DNA from: a virus
Virus record (IMG/VR): IMGVR_UViG_3300009550_000008
DNA: 64,000 bases
Strand: one strand, 5' to 3'
How positions within the stretch are numbered: position 1 is the first letter of the stretch; each line of letters begins with the position of its first letter. The position numbers were made by a program, and so were the translations under genes. Shown in pieces: positions 47,051-56,538 of this stretch. The notes under the pieces were generated by a model. It was not told the DNA's origin. It made no database searches and saw only the letters and a list, made by a program, of their open reading frames with translations.

Positions 47051-48463
47051 ATGCGTTCGTTTTCAGAAGTTATCCGTGAGGAAACTGATAACAAGAAACC
47101 CTACCGCCTAGTGGTGATAGCAGAAAGACGCATGGTGAAAAAGTCTAAGAAGAACTCAGATAAACCAGTTGTAAAAAAACCAAGTTCAACATCAAGTAAA
47201 CTCTACGGTCTTGCAAAGGAAGCGGGTTGTGATGTTTACAGTGTCAGAGTTAATGGTGCATACATCGAGAGAGCAGACGATGGTGTAATCACAATTCACA
47301 ACTCAGATGATGAGAAAGGATTTCATTTAGATGGTGACACAATCATAATGATTCGTGGAGCTGTTACTGCAAAAGATTCTTATCTAGATTTAATCAGTCA
47401 AATAGAACGATACGGTTTCCCAGTGGTAAACTCTAGGGAGTGTATCGAAGTATGTGCAGATAAGTTTAGAACTTATCTAAGACTTCAAGAGATTGGTATG
47501 AACCAACCTCGAACAGTATTGATTCCAAACGAAGAACCCGAGACAGTCGACATGGCTGCAAAGAGATTAGACGATGAGTTCCCTATGGTGCTTAAAACTC
47601 TACAGGGTGCAAAGGGTGTTGGAGTTCTATTGGTGGAGACTGAGAGATCACTACAATCAACGGTGAGTCTTGTATACAAGATTGACCCAACTTGTGATAT
47701 CCTATTACAAGAATACATCGACATGGAATATGATGTTCGTGTCATGATAAACAACAGAAGAGTTATCGGTGCAATGAAGAGGAAAAAAATCATTGATGAC
47801 TTTCGATCAAATATATCTCAAGGTGCAGAAGCCGAAGAGATAGAACTTACAGAACTAGAGAAAGAAACATGTTTGATAGCTGCAAAGGCTGTCAATGGTC
47901 AGTGGGTAGGTGTAGACTTTATTCCAGCAGAGGATAGAGAGAAGGAAGCACCTTACATTCTAGAGGTAAATCATTCGCCAGGAACTCAAGGTATCAGTGA
48001 TGCATTGGGTGAAGAGGTATGTGAAACAATTATAGACGATTACTTTGACAGAGATATATGGAGAAAGAAGGCAACTGAATGTGGCGTTCTAGAGACCATA
48101 GAGGTCGATGGTGAGACGATGACAGCGAAGTTGGACACTGGGAACAGTGCAAAGGCTTGTGCCTTACACGCCGACTCCTACGAGGTCAAAGGAAAGGTTG
48201 TTCACTTTGAAAGGAATGGTAAAAAATATAAGAAACCTTTACTTAGAATGTTGACTTTAATTAAACCCGCAGAAGAAAGACCAGTAGTCAAGTGTGAATT
48301 AAACTTCTTAAATACTATATATGAACAAGAAGTTAGTTTAGATCAGAGAGGGAATATCCCGTTTCTGGCGAATAGAGATTTTATGAATAGAGCTAACCTG
48401 ATGATAAATCCATCAAGGAAGTTCTTATTGACTAATAAACATGATGACACAGAAGACAACTAA
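47051..48463 (+). CDS. RimK-family ATP-grasp ligase fused to a retropepsin-like (RimB-type) protease domain
   Basis: DKFRTY, GAKGVGV, LLQEYI, DFRSNISQG, GVD, LEVNHSPG; C-terminal AKLDTGN. Confidence 0.85.
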   Translation: MRSFSEVIREETDNKKPYRLVVIAERRMVKKSKKNSDKPVVKKPSSTSSKLYGLAKEAGCDVYSVRVNGAYIERADDGVITIHNSDDEKGFHLDGDTIIMIRGAVTAKDSYLDLISQIERYGFPVVNSRECIEVCADKFRTYLRLQEIGMNQPRTVLIPNEEPETVDMAAKRLDDEFPMVLKTLQGAKGVGVLLVETERSLQSTVSLVYKIDPTCDILLQEYIDMEYDVRVMINNRRVIGAMKRKKIIDDFRSNISQGAEAEEIELTELEKETCLIAAKAVNGQWVGVDFIPAEDREKEAPYILEVNHSPGTQGISDALGEEVCETIIDDYFDRDIWRKKATECGVLETIEVDGETMTAKLDTGNSAKACALHADSYEVKGKVVHFERNGKKYKKPLLRMLTLIKPAEERPVVKCELNFLNTIYEQEVSLDQRGNIPFLANRDFMNRANLMINPSRKFLLTNKHDDTEDN

Positions 48464-49166
48464 ACCCGTATCGATACAAGAGAGAATGCAGAACAAAGCA
48501 TTTGTTGCTCTAGGTGAAGTAGAGCATCAGATAGATCGTCTCCTTGAAACAACCAAGTCAAACTTTTCTATGTACAAGTATGTTAAACAACTTGGTTACA
48601 GTGGTAAGGTTGTGCATTACATGAAAGGATTTGCAGAAAACTATTTGTTCGAATTAAAGAATGAAGAGAAGTGTGATCAGCTAGAAGAGGCATACAGCTT
48701 TCTTAAACCAACTGCAAAGAAACGAGTCATCAAAAAACTAGAGACATGGGAAAGTGAAGTCGAACAGTATTGTGAAGAATACAAACCGATTCGTAAGGTT
48801 CGAATCAAAACACCAGCACAATTAGTTAAGAAGTTACCCTACCTGAATGTTTATGCTCAGGAGGATTACAACTTCCAATCTATTAATCCCGAAGAGATCA
48901 TTCGTGCAAGATTACTATACACATATAATACATCAAGTAAAAAACTAACAAGGTTCGAAGGACATTTACAAGTTAAAGGTTCTAGGATTACAGGATTTGA
49001 TTCATGTAAAGAAAAGACCTTGACAGATTTGGGTTTGCTTGATAGACTATATAAAGGTGGTAATATAATTGCTTCGAAGTTCTTAGATGAAATACCAAGA
49101 TCAAAAGAAAAGGACGGAAACGATTTAATTACTAAGAATACATTATTAGTTAAAGTGGTTAAATGA
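48441..49166 (+). CDS. Conserved T4-like hypothetical protein
   Basis: SIQERM; LEEAYSFL; SINPEEII..YNT; typical position upstream of rnh. Confidence 0.65.
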   Translation: MMTQKTTKPVSIQERMQNKAFVALGEVEHQIDRLLETTKSNFSMYKYVKQLGYSGKVVHYMKGFAENYLFELKNEEKCDQLEEAYSFLKPTAKKRVIKKLETWESEVEQYCEEYKPIRKVRIKTPAQLVKKLPYLNVYAQEDYNFQSINPEEIIRARLLYTYNTSSKKLTRFEGHLQVKGSRITGFDSCKEKTLTDLGLLDRLYKGGNIIASKFLDEIPRSKEKDGNDLITKNTLLVKVVK

Positions 49167-50017
49167 TATTAATAGATTTTAGTCAGACCATCATTGCTGG
49201 TCTGATGGCACAATTAAAAGTGACCAATGGTGAATTGTCAGAAGATATGTTAAGACATATGATTCTGAATTCAATAAGAAACTATCAGAAGAGATACACC
49301 GAAGAGTATGGGGAGATCGTACTTTGTACAGATGCAGCCCATCCTTGGAGACGAGATTACTTCCCATTGTATAAAGCAAACAGGAAGAAGTCTAGAGATA
49401 AGGACGATAAAGATTGGGGTATGATCTTTGATACTTTACATAAAGTAAAACAAGAGATCAAAGAAAACTTCCCGTATCGTTTCATGTTTGTTGAGAATTG
49501 TGAAGCAGATGATATCATTGCAGTCTTAGTACAACATGCTTACATCCTTGCACCGAATGAAAAGGTATTGATTGTGAGTGGAGATAAAGACTTCCAACAG
49601 CTACAGAGATACGATAACATATCTCAATACTCACCGAATGTAAATAAGTTTATAGAACCCGAAGGTGGTGCAGAGACATTCTTAAAAGAACATATCCTTA
49701 AGGGAGATAAGTCAGATGGTATACCAAACATTCTATCTAACGACAATTGTTTAGATGAAGGTATAAGACAGACACCATTAAGGAAACCAATACTAGAGAA
49801 GTACATGAGAATTACTATTTCTAGCGATGATAAATACTATAGGAACTATCTGAGAAATCAAACTTTAATCGACTTTGATTTCATTCCACAGGATGTTGGA
49901 GATAGAATATTAAATGAGTATTCAAATACTAAACCAGTAAGAGGAAAAGTATTTGACTACTTAAGAACTCATCGATTAAATGAGTTACTAAATCATGTAG
50001 AGGATTTTGCATTATGA
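49163..50017 (+). CDS. rnh: T4 RNase H / 5'-3' flap exonuclease
   Basis: LIDFSQ, WRRDYFPLYKANR, EADDII, SGDKDFQQL, GDKSDGIPN. Confidence 0.95.
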   Translation: MILIDFSQTIIAGLMAQLKVTNGELSEDMLRHMILNSIRNYQKRYTEEYGEIVLCTDAAHPWRRDYFPLYKANRKKSRDKDDKDWGMIFDTLHKVKQEIKENFPYRFMFVENCEADDIIAVLVQHAYILAPNEKVLIVSGDKDFQQLQRYDNISQYSPNVNKFIEPEGGAETFLKEHILKGDKSDGIPNILSNDNCLDEGIRQTPLRKPILEKYMRITISSDDKYYRNYLRNQTLIDFDFIPQDVGDRILNEYSNTKPVRGKVFDYLRTHRLNELLNHVEDFAL

Positions 50018-50532
50018 GCGAAAAGAAAAAAGGAAGAGGTAGACCTAAAGGTTCACCCAATAAACCGTTAATGGATTTGATTACAGAGAGAGTCAATCTA
50101 ACTAAGAACGCAGATGTGTTCGAGGTTCTTTGTCAAGCAGATATTGTTGCACAGGAAGATGCAGACAAAGCTGCACATGGCATTAGAGTGTTTAACGAAT
50201 CAAACGCTGCAGTACAGAAAGTATTACAGTGGAACTTTGATTCGACAATCAACAGTACATTACCTGATGGCCCGACACCATTCAATAAGAATGATGCACC
50301 AGCAAGTGATCTATCTGAAACACAATTGAGATTTGAACATAAGAAGTTCAGATACTTTGTGACAGAAGAAGTACCACAAACTCGTAGAGAGACAATGTGG
50401 ATTGAGTTACTAGAAGGCATCCCTTCAAACGAAGCACAGATGATCGACCTTGTAAAAGATGGTAAATGGCCATTCAAAAATGTCACTTTAGACATAGTGA
50501 AAAAGGCATTTCCAGAGCTAACAATTAACTAA
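50014..50532 (+). CDS. Conserved T4-like hypothetical protein
   Basis: LPDGPTPF; RRETMWIELLEG; N-terminal AT-hook-like GRGRPKG. Confidence 0.7.
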   Translation: MSEKKKGRGRPKGSPNKPLMDLITERVNLTKNADVFEVLCQADIVAQEDADKAAHGIRVFNESNAAVQKVLQWNFDSTINSTLPDGPTPFNKNDAPASDLSETQLRFEHKKFRYFVTEEVPQTRRETMWIELLEGIPSNEAQMIDLVKDGKWPFKNVTLDIVKKAFPELTIN

Positions 50533-50540
50533 ATATTAAT

Positions 50541-50627
50541 GTCCTCCGAGACTATACATACAAATGTACACAGTATATTTCTAAAGTGTGTAAAGAATAT
50601 AATAGTCGTGTAGGACTCCATGGAGTA
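50541..50627 (+). promoter_or_regulatory. Structured 5' leader with SD-sequestering hairpin
   Basis: GTCCT/AGGAC, GACTAT/ATAGTC, TACAC/GTGTA stems; alternative ACTCC/GGAGT pairing covers the SD. Confidence 0.45.
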
Positions 50628-50633
50628 TAAATT

Positions 50634-51998
50634 ATGGCAGAAGATAATAAAGTGAACAATGTAGACACTACTACATTTGCTCAACCCGTACCTGAGAAAA
50701 CAGAACTGGAGAAGTTGCAAGAGCGTATTGCAAATTTCAAAGTTCAGATATCACCTACAGTTGCTCAACTGGCACAGGTGTTAATGAATCAGTCTCTACA
50801 AAATCCAACTAAACCCGAAGACCTTGATGGTTATGTTCAGGTGAGAAATGAATTGGTAGAAGGTTTAAGTTCTTATCAAGAACAACTAACCAGCGCACAG
50901 AGACGAATGGCTCAGTTGACTGAGGAACACAACATCCTCAAAGCACAGGAACTTGCAAGGAAAGAAGAAGACTTGAAAGCTGCAAGAGACGGAGAGAGAA
51001 AAAGAAGGAAGGATGCCGAAGAGAAAGCGAGACAACTAGAAGCTGTACTTGCATCCCATGGAATTCATATCGATCTAGATGGTGATGGTAAAGTTGGTCT
51101 TAATGTTGGTGAAGAGAAAGAGAACTTAACTGCAGAACAACAAGTAACACTTAAGAAGTTACTCGATGAATCTAAAGCTGCAGTGGGTGGAACAAGTCCA
51201 GCATTTGCAAAAGCAAGATCACTAAACCCAGTACCACAATCTGAAACAACAGGTGTGATAACTCATGACCCTGAGTTACAAGCAAAGATCGATGCAACCA
51301 AAGAAGCATTCGAAAGTGCAGGGCCTGATGTACCTACAATAGAACTTCCCGTTCCTGATACAGCAAAAGGAACTACAGAGTTCGAACAAGAAGTTGAGGA
51401 AGTTGCAAAGACTTCACCTGATGATTTCGAAGAAGTAGGATTCGATGCAAACGGTAGTCCAACAACAGAGACACCTAAACCATCTTGGGAAGATTCTAAA
51501 CCAGTAGTATCTGATACTAACTCTCCTTCAATCATTGAAGAAGAACTTGAGAAAGCTGAAGAGAAGAGAATGGACATCATCGGTCAGAATGGAAACGATG
51601 GTTTACATTACGATCAAGTAGAACAAACACCTAATGTTCGAATCGTTGCAGAGGAAGACATTGCAGAGTTCGAAGAGAAAGTAAATGGTGTGAGTGAAGA
51701 TGATTTCTCAGTACCACCTCCAGCGGACGAAGATGAAGTTGTAGAAGTTTCTATTCCTACAGAGTCAGAACTTAAAGGAATGACTAAGTCTAAAATCCAA
51801 CAAGAAGCTATTTCATTAGGGTTTACCAATGTCACAACTAAGTCGTCTAAGAGTAAAATGATCTCAGACTTCATTGAATCAACAGAACAGTTTATCGCTG
51901 ATCTTCAAGACAGTGGTGAGTTCGTAAGTGCGAGGGATGAAGATGACGATGAGGCCACGGATAGTTCCGATGACCGAGACGGTGGATACTTCAAGTAA
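50634..51998 (+). CDS. Acidic coiled-coil protein with possible C-terminal HeH/Rho-N-like domain
   Basis: Coiled coil, DLDGDGKVG EF-hand-like loop, ELKGMTKSKIQQEA..KSKMI. Confidence 0.6.
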   Translation: MAEDNKVNNVDTTTFAQPVPEKTELEKLQERIANFKVQISPTVAQLAQVLMNQSLQNPTKPEDLDGYVQVRNELVEGLSSYQEQLTSAQRRMAQLTEEHNILKAQELARKEEDLKAARDGERKRRKDAEEKARQLEAVLASHGIHIDLDGDGKVGLNVGEEKENLTAEQQVTLKKLLDESKAAVGGTSPAFAKARSLNPVPQSETTGVITHDPELQAKIDATKEAFESAGPDVPTIELPVPDTAKGTTEFEQEVEEVAKTSPDDFEEVGFDANGSPTTETPKPSWEDSKPVVSDTNSPSIIEEELEKAEEKRMDIIGQNGNDGLHYDQVEQTPNVRIVAEEDIAEFEEKVNGVSEDDFSVPPPADEDEVVEVSIPTESELKGMTKSKIQQEAISLGFTNVTTKSSKSKMISDFIESTEQFIADLQDSGEFVSARDEDDDEATDSSDDRDGGYFK

Positions 51999-52368
51999 GT
52001 CCGTTATTCGAGAACACAATCAAGACACATTAAGAATTGATCTACCATGGGACATGGTAAACAAAGTAGGATTCCGTTGGTACGATGAACTACGAGTCAT
52101 TCGAGACGATTATAAAATTCTTTTATCAGTCTTACCTTTACATAGGCCAGAGTTATACGAACATATAACACCAGTTAGATTCGTTAAGAAAGGTGGATGG
52201 GAAAACTCTAAGAACATATTCAGAGAAGTTGACAATGCTTACACTCTAATAGAAAAGGATTTTATCCCACAATTCTCAGAGGGTGATGAAGTAGAGTTTA
52301 CCTACATTCAAGAAACGGAGTCAGAGGAAAGACATGTCGAAGTCAAACATCCCAATTGTAGCAGTTGA
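51970..52368 (+). CDS. Hypothetical protein
   Basis: ORF in operon. Confidence 0.55.
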   Translation: MTETVDTSSKSVIREHNQDTLRIDLPWDMVNKVGFRWYDELRVIRDDYKILLSVLPLHRPELYEHITPVRFVKKGGWENSKNIFREVDNAYTLIEKDFIPQFSEGDEVEFTYIQETESEERHVEVKHPNCSS

Positions 52369-53263
52369 CCAATACGACTTCCTAGATCACCGTAGGCAAC
52401 AAGAGAAGAAGCATTGGAATAAGAAAGGTAATGATTTAAATGAACTTGATTCAATCCTCACCGTTGAAATTAATACTACTGAGTTGTGTAATCGTACATG
52501 CGTCTTTTGTCCGAGGCATGACCCAAGAGTATTTCCCAATAGGCAATTGCACCTTACAGTTAAAGGTGCATCGACCATCGCAGAAGAACTAGCTGACAAT
52601 CAATATCAGGGAAAGATTTCTTTCTCAGGTTTCGGAGAGAACTTACTCAACCCAAACTTTGTAGACATCGTAAAGGAATTCAGATTCAATCTACCACAAG
52701 CAACAATAGAATGTAACACTAACGGTGATAAGTTAGATGCAGTCTATGTAACAAAACTATTCAGAGCGGGGTTAGACTTACTCTATATAAACTTATATGA
52801 TGGAGTCAAACAGATAGATCATTTCGATCACATCATGCAGAGTGCAATGATACCACAAGCACAATACAAGTATCGTATGCATTGGGGAGACTTTGAGAAA
52901 CACGGATTAATATTAAACAATCGATCAGGTGTGATTGATTGGGTAGGGGTAGAGGAGAGTGATGTGGAATCGCTACAAGGGAAACCATGTCACTATCCGT
53001 TCTACAAAATGTTCGTTGACTGGAATGGTGATGTACTATTCTGTTCAAACGATTGGGGGAGAGAACATGTTGTCGGTAACTTATTGCAACAGTCGTTGCA
53101 TGAGGTATGGTTCTCTAAACCTATGAATAAGATACGGCGACGATTAATGAGGGGTGACCGTTCTAAGTCACCATGTAATAAATGTAGTGTCGATGGTTCA
53201 CTATTCGGTAAACCATCATTTGAATTAATTAAGGATTACTATGAGAGCCCTAATAACAGGTAA
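52334..53263 (+). CDS. Radical SAM protein with SPASM/twitch domain
   Basis: CNRTCVFC; GFGENLL; TNGD; CHYPF..DWNGDVLFCSND..PCNKC. Confidence 0.92.
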   Translation: MSKSNIPIVAVDQYDFLDHRRQQEKKHWNKKGNDLNELDSILTVEINTTELCNRTCVFCPRHDPRVFPNRQLHLTVKGASTIAEELADNQYQGKISFSGFGENLLNPNFVDIVKEFRFNLPQATIECNTNGDKLDAVYVTKLFRAGLDLLYINLYDGVKQIDHFDHIMQSAMIPQAQYKYRMHWGDFEKHGLILNNRSGVIDWVGVEESDVESLQGKPCHYPFYKMFVDWNGDVLFCSNDWGREHVVGNLLQQSLHEVWFSKPMNKIRRRLMRGDRSKSPCNKCSVDGSLFGKPSFELIKDYYESPNNR

Positions 53264-53822
53264 GACGAAGTTAGCTGGTGCAATCATGTCAGAACTAAAT
53301 GGCAAGATCGTATACCAAAAGATCGAAATGGAATCAACAAGAGTTGATGCAAACATACCATGGAAGTATTTTGATGTCTTTATCAATTGTGCCCATGTCA
53401 GTTTCAAACAAACAGAACTCTTGAATGATTGTTTTGCTGAGTGGAAGAATGATTCGACTAAACTTATTATCAATATATCCAGTCGAGCTGCAAAATCAAA
53501 TATCTCAAAAGGGTATTTGTATTCTGCACAGAAAGCTGCACTTAACCATCTCGCTGACAATCTCGTTTATAACTCAGATCGAAGATGTGGAATCATAACA
53601 TTGAATCTTGGATTGATGGAACATGAAGAAGTTGCATCATTATCATACGATCAAGTTATCGATACAATCAAAGAGATCATCTTTAACTGGTATACAAGTC
53701 GACCAACCATGACAGAGATCACCTTACAACATCGAGAGAACTATCGAGAGAACCAAAAACACAAACAAGAACTGAAAGATTTGGAAGAAGATTTTAAAAG
53801 ATTCAGCGGTACGGAGACCTAA
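53241..53822 (+). CDS. Short-chain dehydrogenase/reductase-like protein
   Basis: LITG, FINCA, INISS, YSAQK (YxxxK). Confidence 0.75.
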   Translation: MRALITGKTKLAGAIMSELNGKIVYQKIEMESTRVDANIPWKYFDVFINCAHVSFKQTELLNDCFAEWKNDSTKLIINISSRAAKSNISKGYLYSAQKAALNHLADNLVYNSDRRCGIITLNLGLMEHEEVASLSYDQVIDTIKEIIFNWYTSRPTMTEITLQHRENYRENQKHKQELKDLEEDFKRFSGTET

Positions 53823-53830
53823 ATAATATT

Positions 53831-54082
53831 ATGTCAGATATAGAATACAACGATTTTGGATTTACCGCGTTAGACGCAGATGAACTATCTGCAGTCGATA
53901 CGAAGATATCCTCTAGCACAAACGAAGCAAACGCTGTCATTGATAAGCTTGACAACTTTATCAGACCTTTACTTGAGAACCTTGCAAAGGATTCTGATAA
54001 GGACTACATCTATTGGCCTAATCGGGTTGATATCATCAATAAGAAAATCCTAGAATTAGATAAGATTCAAGCAGGATTATAA
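53831..54082 (+). CDS. Conserved hypothetical protein
   Basis: DFGFTA..PLLENL..KDYIYWPNR. Confidence 0.65.
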   Translation: MSDIEYNDFGFTALDADELSAVDTKISSSTNEANAVIDKLDNFIRPLLENLAKDSDKDYIYWPNRVDIINKKILELDKIQAGL

Positions 54083-54151
54083 AAACCCACTTTACACTGC
54101 CTCAAGCTTTTTAGTATAATAACTTCATTACAAACATAATTGGAGTAAGTA

Positions 54152-54424
54152 ATGGAAGCAATATACGAAAACTTTGTTAATGACAACGAAGAAAAGATTG
54201 TCCGTATGGGACGGAACCTAATCACATTATGTGAGAAGAATAACATGTACCCAAAGGATGATGAGATGTGGAACGCAGCTGTAACCGCTGGAAACAAATT
54301 AGTAACGATCAATACCACATATGGTATGAAGTCGTTGAGTGAATTGAGTACGAAGGAGGCACAAGCAGTTTCTTATTATTTGGACAAATATGGCCTTGAC
54401 CATAAGGCAGAGTCCATGGTATAA
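54152..54424 (+). CDS. Hypothetical early protein
   Basis: Upstream TTTACA..TATAAT promoter; SD GGAG. Confidence 0.6.
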   Translation: MEAIYENFVNDNEEKIVRMGRNLITLCEKNNMYPKDDEMWNAAVTAGNKLVTINTTYGMKSLSELSTKEAQAVSYYLDKYGLDHKAESMV

Positions 54425-54425
54425 T
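54392..54425 (+). promoter_or_regulatory. Early promoter
   Basis: GGCC-TTGACC 54396-54401; TATAAT 54420-54425. Confidence 0.65.
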
Positions 54426-54532
54426 AGATATTACGGTGTAAAAACTGGGGATAGGGACAGGGTTCTAAAACATCACCAAGTCCACAACTATTTTACGACA
54501 TGCGTGAAAACTTGAACCCACCCCTTCTTTTT

Positions 54533-54565
54533 GCCTTGACAATGGCTTAAGCTTTTTAGTATAAT
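54533..54565 (+). promoter_or_regulatory. Early promoter
   Basis: GCC-TTGACA 54536-54541; TATAAT 54560-54565. Confidence 0.8.
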
Positions 54566-54595
54566 ATGCTTATAGATTGAAAAAGGAGACTGTAA

Positions 54596-54946
54596 ATGGA
54601 TAAAGAATTAATACAATTAGTCGAGAAACTTTGTGAGGATTTGACTAATGCTATGAATACACGATGGAAACATAGTCGTGGTGTTACTACTCACAACTAT
54701 TCTGTAGGTCAAAAATACATTCGTATTTACTCAGAAGAGAATGGTTCCATGAAATCTGCATGGGGTTTTATTAACAAGAAAGAATTTCAGAAAGGACTTG
54801 CGGGTATCACCTTTAAAGCTGGTGATGTTCTTAAGTGTGCTGGATGGAAAACTCCAGCGTTGAATGCACCAAGGGGCAATCTCTTCAAGGGGTATCAAAT
54901 TGACCCTAACTCTATGAGAATCTACGGCCCTGATTATTTAAGATAA
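54596..54946 (+). CDS. Conserved early hypothetical protein
   Basis: GQKYIRI..GDVLKCAGWKTPALNAPRGN. Confidence 0.7.
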   Translation: MDKELIQLVEKLCEDLTNAMNTRWKHSRGVTTHNYSVGQKYIRIYSEENGSMKSAWGFINKKEFQKGLAGITFKAGDVLKCAGWKTPALNAPRGNLFKGYQIDPNSMRIYGPDYLR

Positions 54947-55071
54947 TGGATATAATATTTGGAATAGCAATCACTCTCTTTATGGGAGTGTTTGCTCTAT
55001 ACTCTTCTGTAATTGTACACGAAAAGAAAACAGGTAAACGAGTTTATCTACCATGGGAGAAGAGGCCTTGA
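54946..55071 (+). CDS. Small membrane protein (41 aa, not in ORF track)
   Basis: MDIIFGIAITLFMGVFALYSSVIV. Confidence 0.5.
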   Translation: MDIIFGIAITLFMGVFALYSSVIVHEKKTGKRVYLPWEKRP

Positions 55072-55097
55072 CAATGCCTCTGGCTTTTTGATATACT
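55064..55097 (+). promoter_or_regulatory. Early promoter
   Basis: GGCC-TTGACA 55068-55073; TATACT 55092-55097. Confidence 0.75.
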
Positions 55098-55121
55098 GTA
55101 TATAGAAATGGAGAAGAATAT

Positions 55122-55298
55122 ATGAAAGATTGGTTAAAAGATGCAATTGCAAATTATGACAACCTGAGTGATAATGACAAAGCTCATGTTGATGCGACAC
55201 TGGATAATCTCAGTGACAATGACAATTTCAACGATGTATGTATTTGTGGGACTAAGGATTGTCATGATGCATATTCACATGTTACTGGAGGCTGGTAA
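55122..55298 (+). CDS. Small hypothetical protein (58 aa, not in ORF track)
   Basis: SD GGAG; CICG..C..H C-terminus. Confidence 0.55.
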   Translation: MKDWLKDAIANYDNLSDNDKAHVDATLDNLSDNDNFNDVCICGTKDCHDAYSHVTGGW

Positions 55299-55642
55299 TG
55301 GCTAATGCAAAATTAGATAAACTGTATGATGAAAAGTGGGAACTTGAAGCTGCAGTTCGTAAAGTAAATGATGAGACTAAAGTTATCAAGTATGATAACA
55401 TCCCATCTGAAATTTATATCAAGGTCATGGGTATTGCAGACGATAATGGTATCGATGCAAGTGACTCATCTGATCTTGAATGGAAAATTAAAGAAGTCCG
55501 TGAGGCTGTCAACAAACTGGAATCTGCAATCTATGATTTAGTAGAACCCTTTGAAGAAGCTCTCAGGGATAAAGGTAATGAGATCGATGAGATCGAATGG
55601 GAAATCGAAGATGCTAAGTGGGAAGCACAGAAGGCATCATGA
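55298..55642 (+). CDS. Acidic coiled-coil hypothetical protein
   Basis: SD GGAGG. Confidence 0.6.
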   Translation: MANAKLDKLYDEKWELEAAVRKVNDETKVIKYDNIPSEIYIKVMGIADDNGIDASDSSDLEWKIKEVREAVNKLESAIYDLVEPFEEALRDKGNEIDEIEWEIEDAKWEAQKAS

Positions 55643-55836
55643 GTTATACTTATCTTAAAGAGATAACCGATTGGAGTGATTGTGGAGTCAATGTGAAGAA
55701 CCACACTTACATCTTCAATGAGAAGAATCAGAATGTTGGTTATATCAAAACAGGCACTAAGGAAGAAATCTTTTATAAGAAACCTTCCAAACTTTTTTCG
55801 AAGGCTCGAAGGAAGTTCATAAAACTAAAGAGGTAA
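55639..55836 (+). CDS. Hypothetical protein
   Basis: LKEITDW..NHTY..FSKARRKF. Confidence 0.6.
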   Translation: MSYTYLKEITDWSDCGVNVKNHTYIFNEKNQNVGYIKTGTKEEIFYKKPSKLFSKARRKFIKLKR

Positions 55837-55840
55837 TATT

Positions 55841-56044
55841 ATGTTTGTTGCAAACTTTCTAGGTGGGCCAGATCGCGGTGACCACTATAAAAAACCGATC
55901 AATGTTAAAGCTACATTGTATGACTTTATTGTATATAAGGTCTTTGGAGCTAATAAGTTCCTACACCATTTCAATAGTAAATGGAATCAGGACTTCAACC
56001 AAGATTACTTTGGAGGAGTAGTATGGATTTCAAAAACGAAATAA
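55841..56044 (+). CDS. Hypothetical protein
   Basis: SD GAGG. Confidence 0.5.
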   Translation: MFVANFLGGPDRGDHYKKPINVKATLYDFIVYKVFGANKFLHHFNSKWNQDFNQDYFGGVVWISKTK

Positions 56045-56538
56045 GATATAGATATCTTGCATTATTTGTCCTAGGGTTTTGCCTAGGTATTTACAGTGGT
56101 AAGGCAATGGCATTCGATGAGAATGGTGAAGCATTTTGTCTTGCAAAGAACATCTACTTCGAAGCTGGTAACCAACCACTCGCTGGAAAAGTTGCAGTCG
56201 CTCAAGTAGTCAAGAATCGTGTTGAGTCGCCAAACTTTCCCGATACTTATTGTGGAGTAATCTACGATGCCAAAGAATGGAGAACATCTTGGACAGGGAA
56301 TCTAATTCCTGTTCGTGGGATGTGTCAGTTCTCATGGTTCTGTGATGGGAAGTCAGACGACCCAAAAGATTCTAAGACTTGGATTGCATCAGTTCAAGTT
56401 GCAAACAATTTTATGATGGCACCTACATGGGATTTAACCGAGGGTGCATTGTGGTATCATGCAGATTACATCTACCCGTATTGGGCACAACATCTGAATG
56501 AAACTGTTACTATAAACAATCACATATTCTATAGGTAA
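56023..56538 (+). CDS. Cell wall hydrolase, SleB family
   Basis: CLAKNIYFEA, NRV..FPDT.CGV, CQFSWFCDGK, HIFYR. Confidence 0.92.
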   Translation: MDFKNEIRYRYLALFVLGFCLGIYSGKAMAFDENGEAFCLAKNIYFEAGNQPLAGKVAVAQVVKNRVESPNFPDTYCGVIYDAKEWRTSWTGNLIPVRGMCQFSWFCDGKSDDPKDSKTWIASVQVANNFMMAPTWDLTEGALWYHADYIYPYWAQHLNETVTINNHIFYR

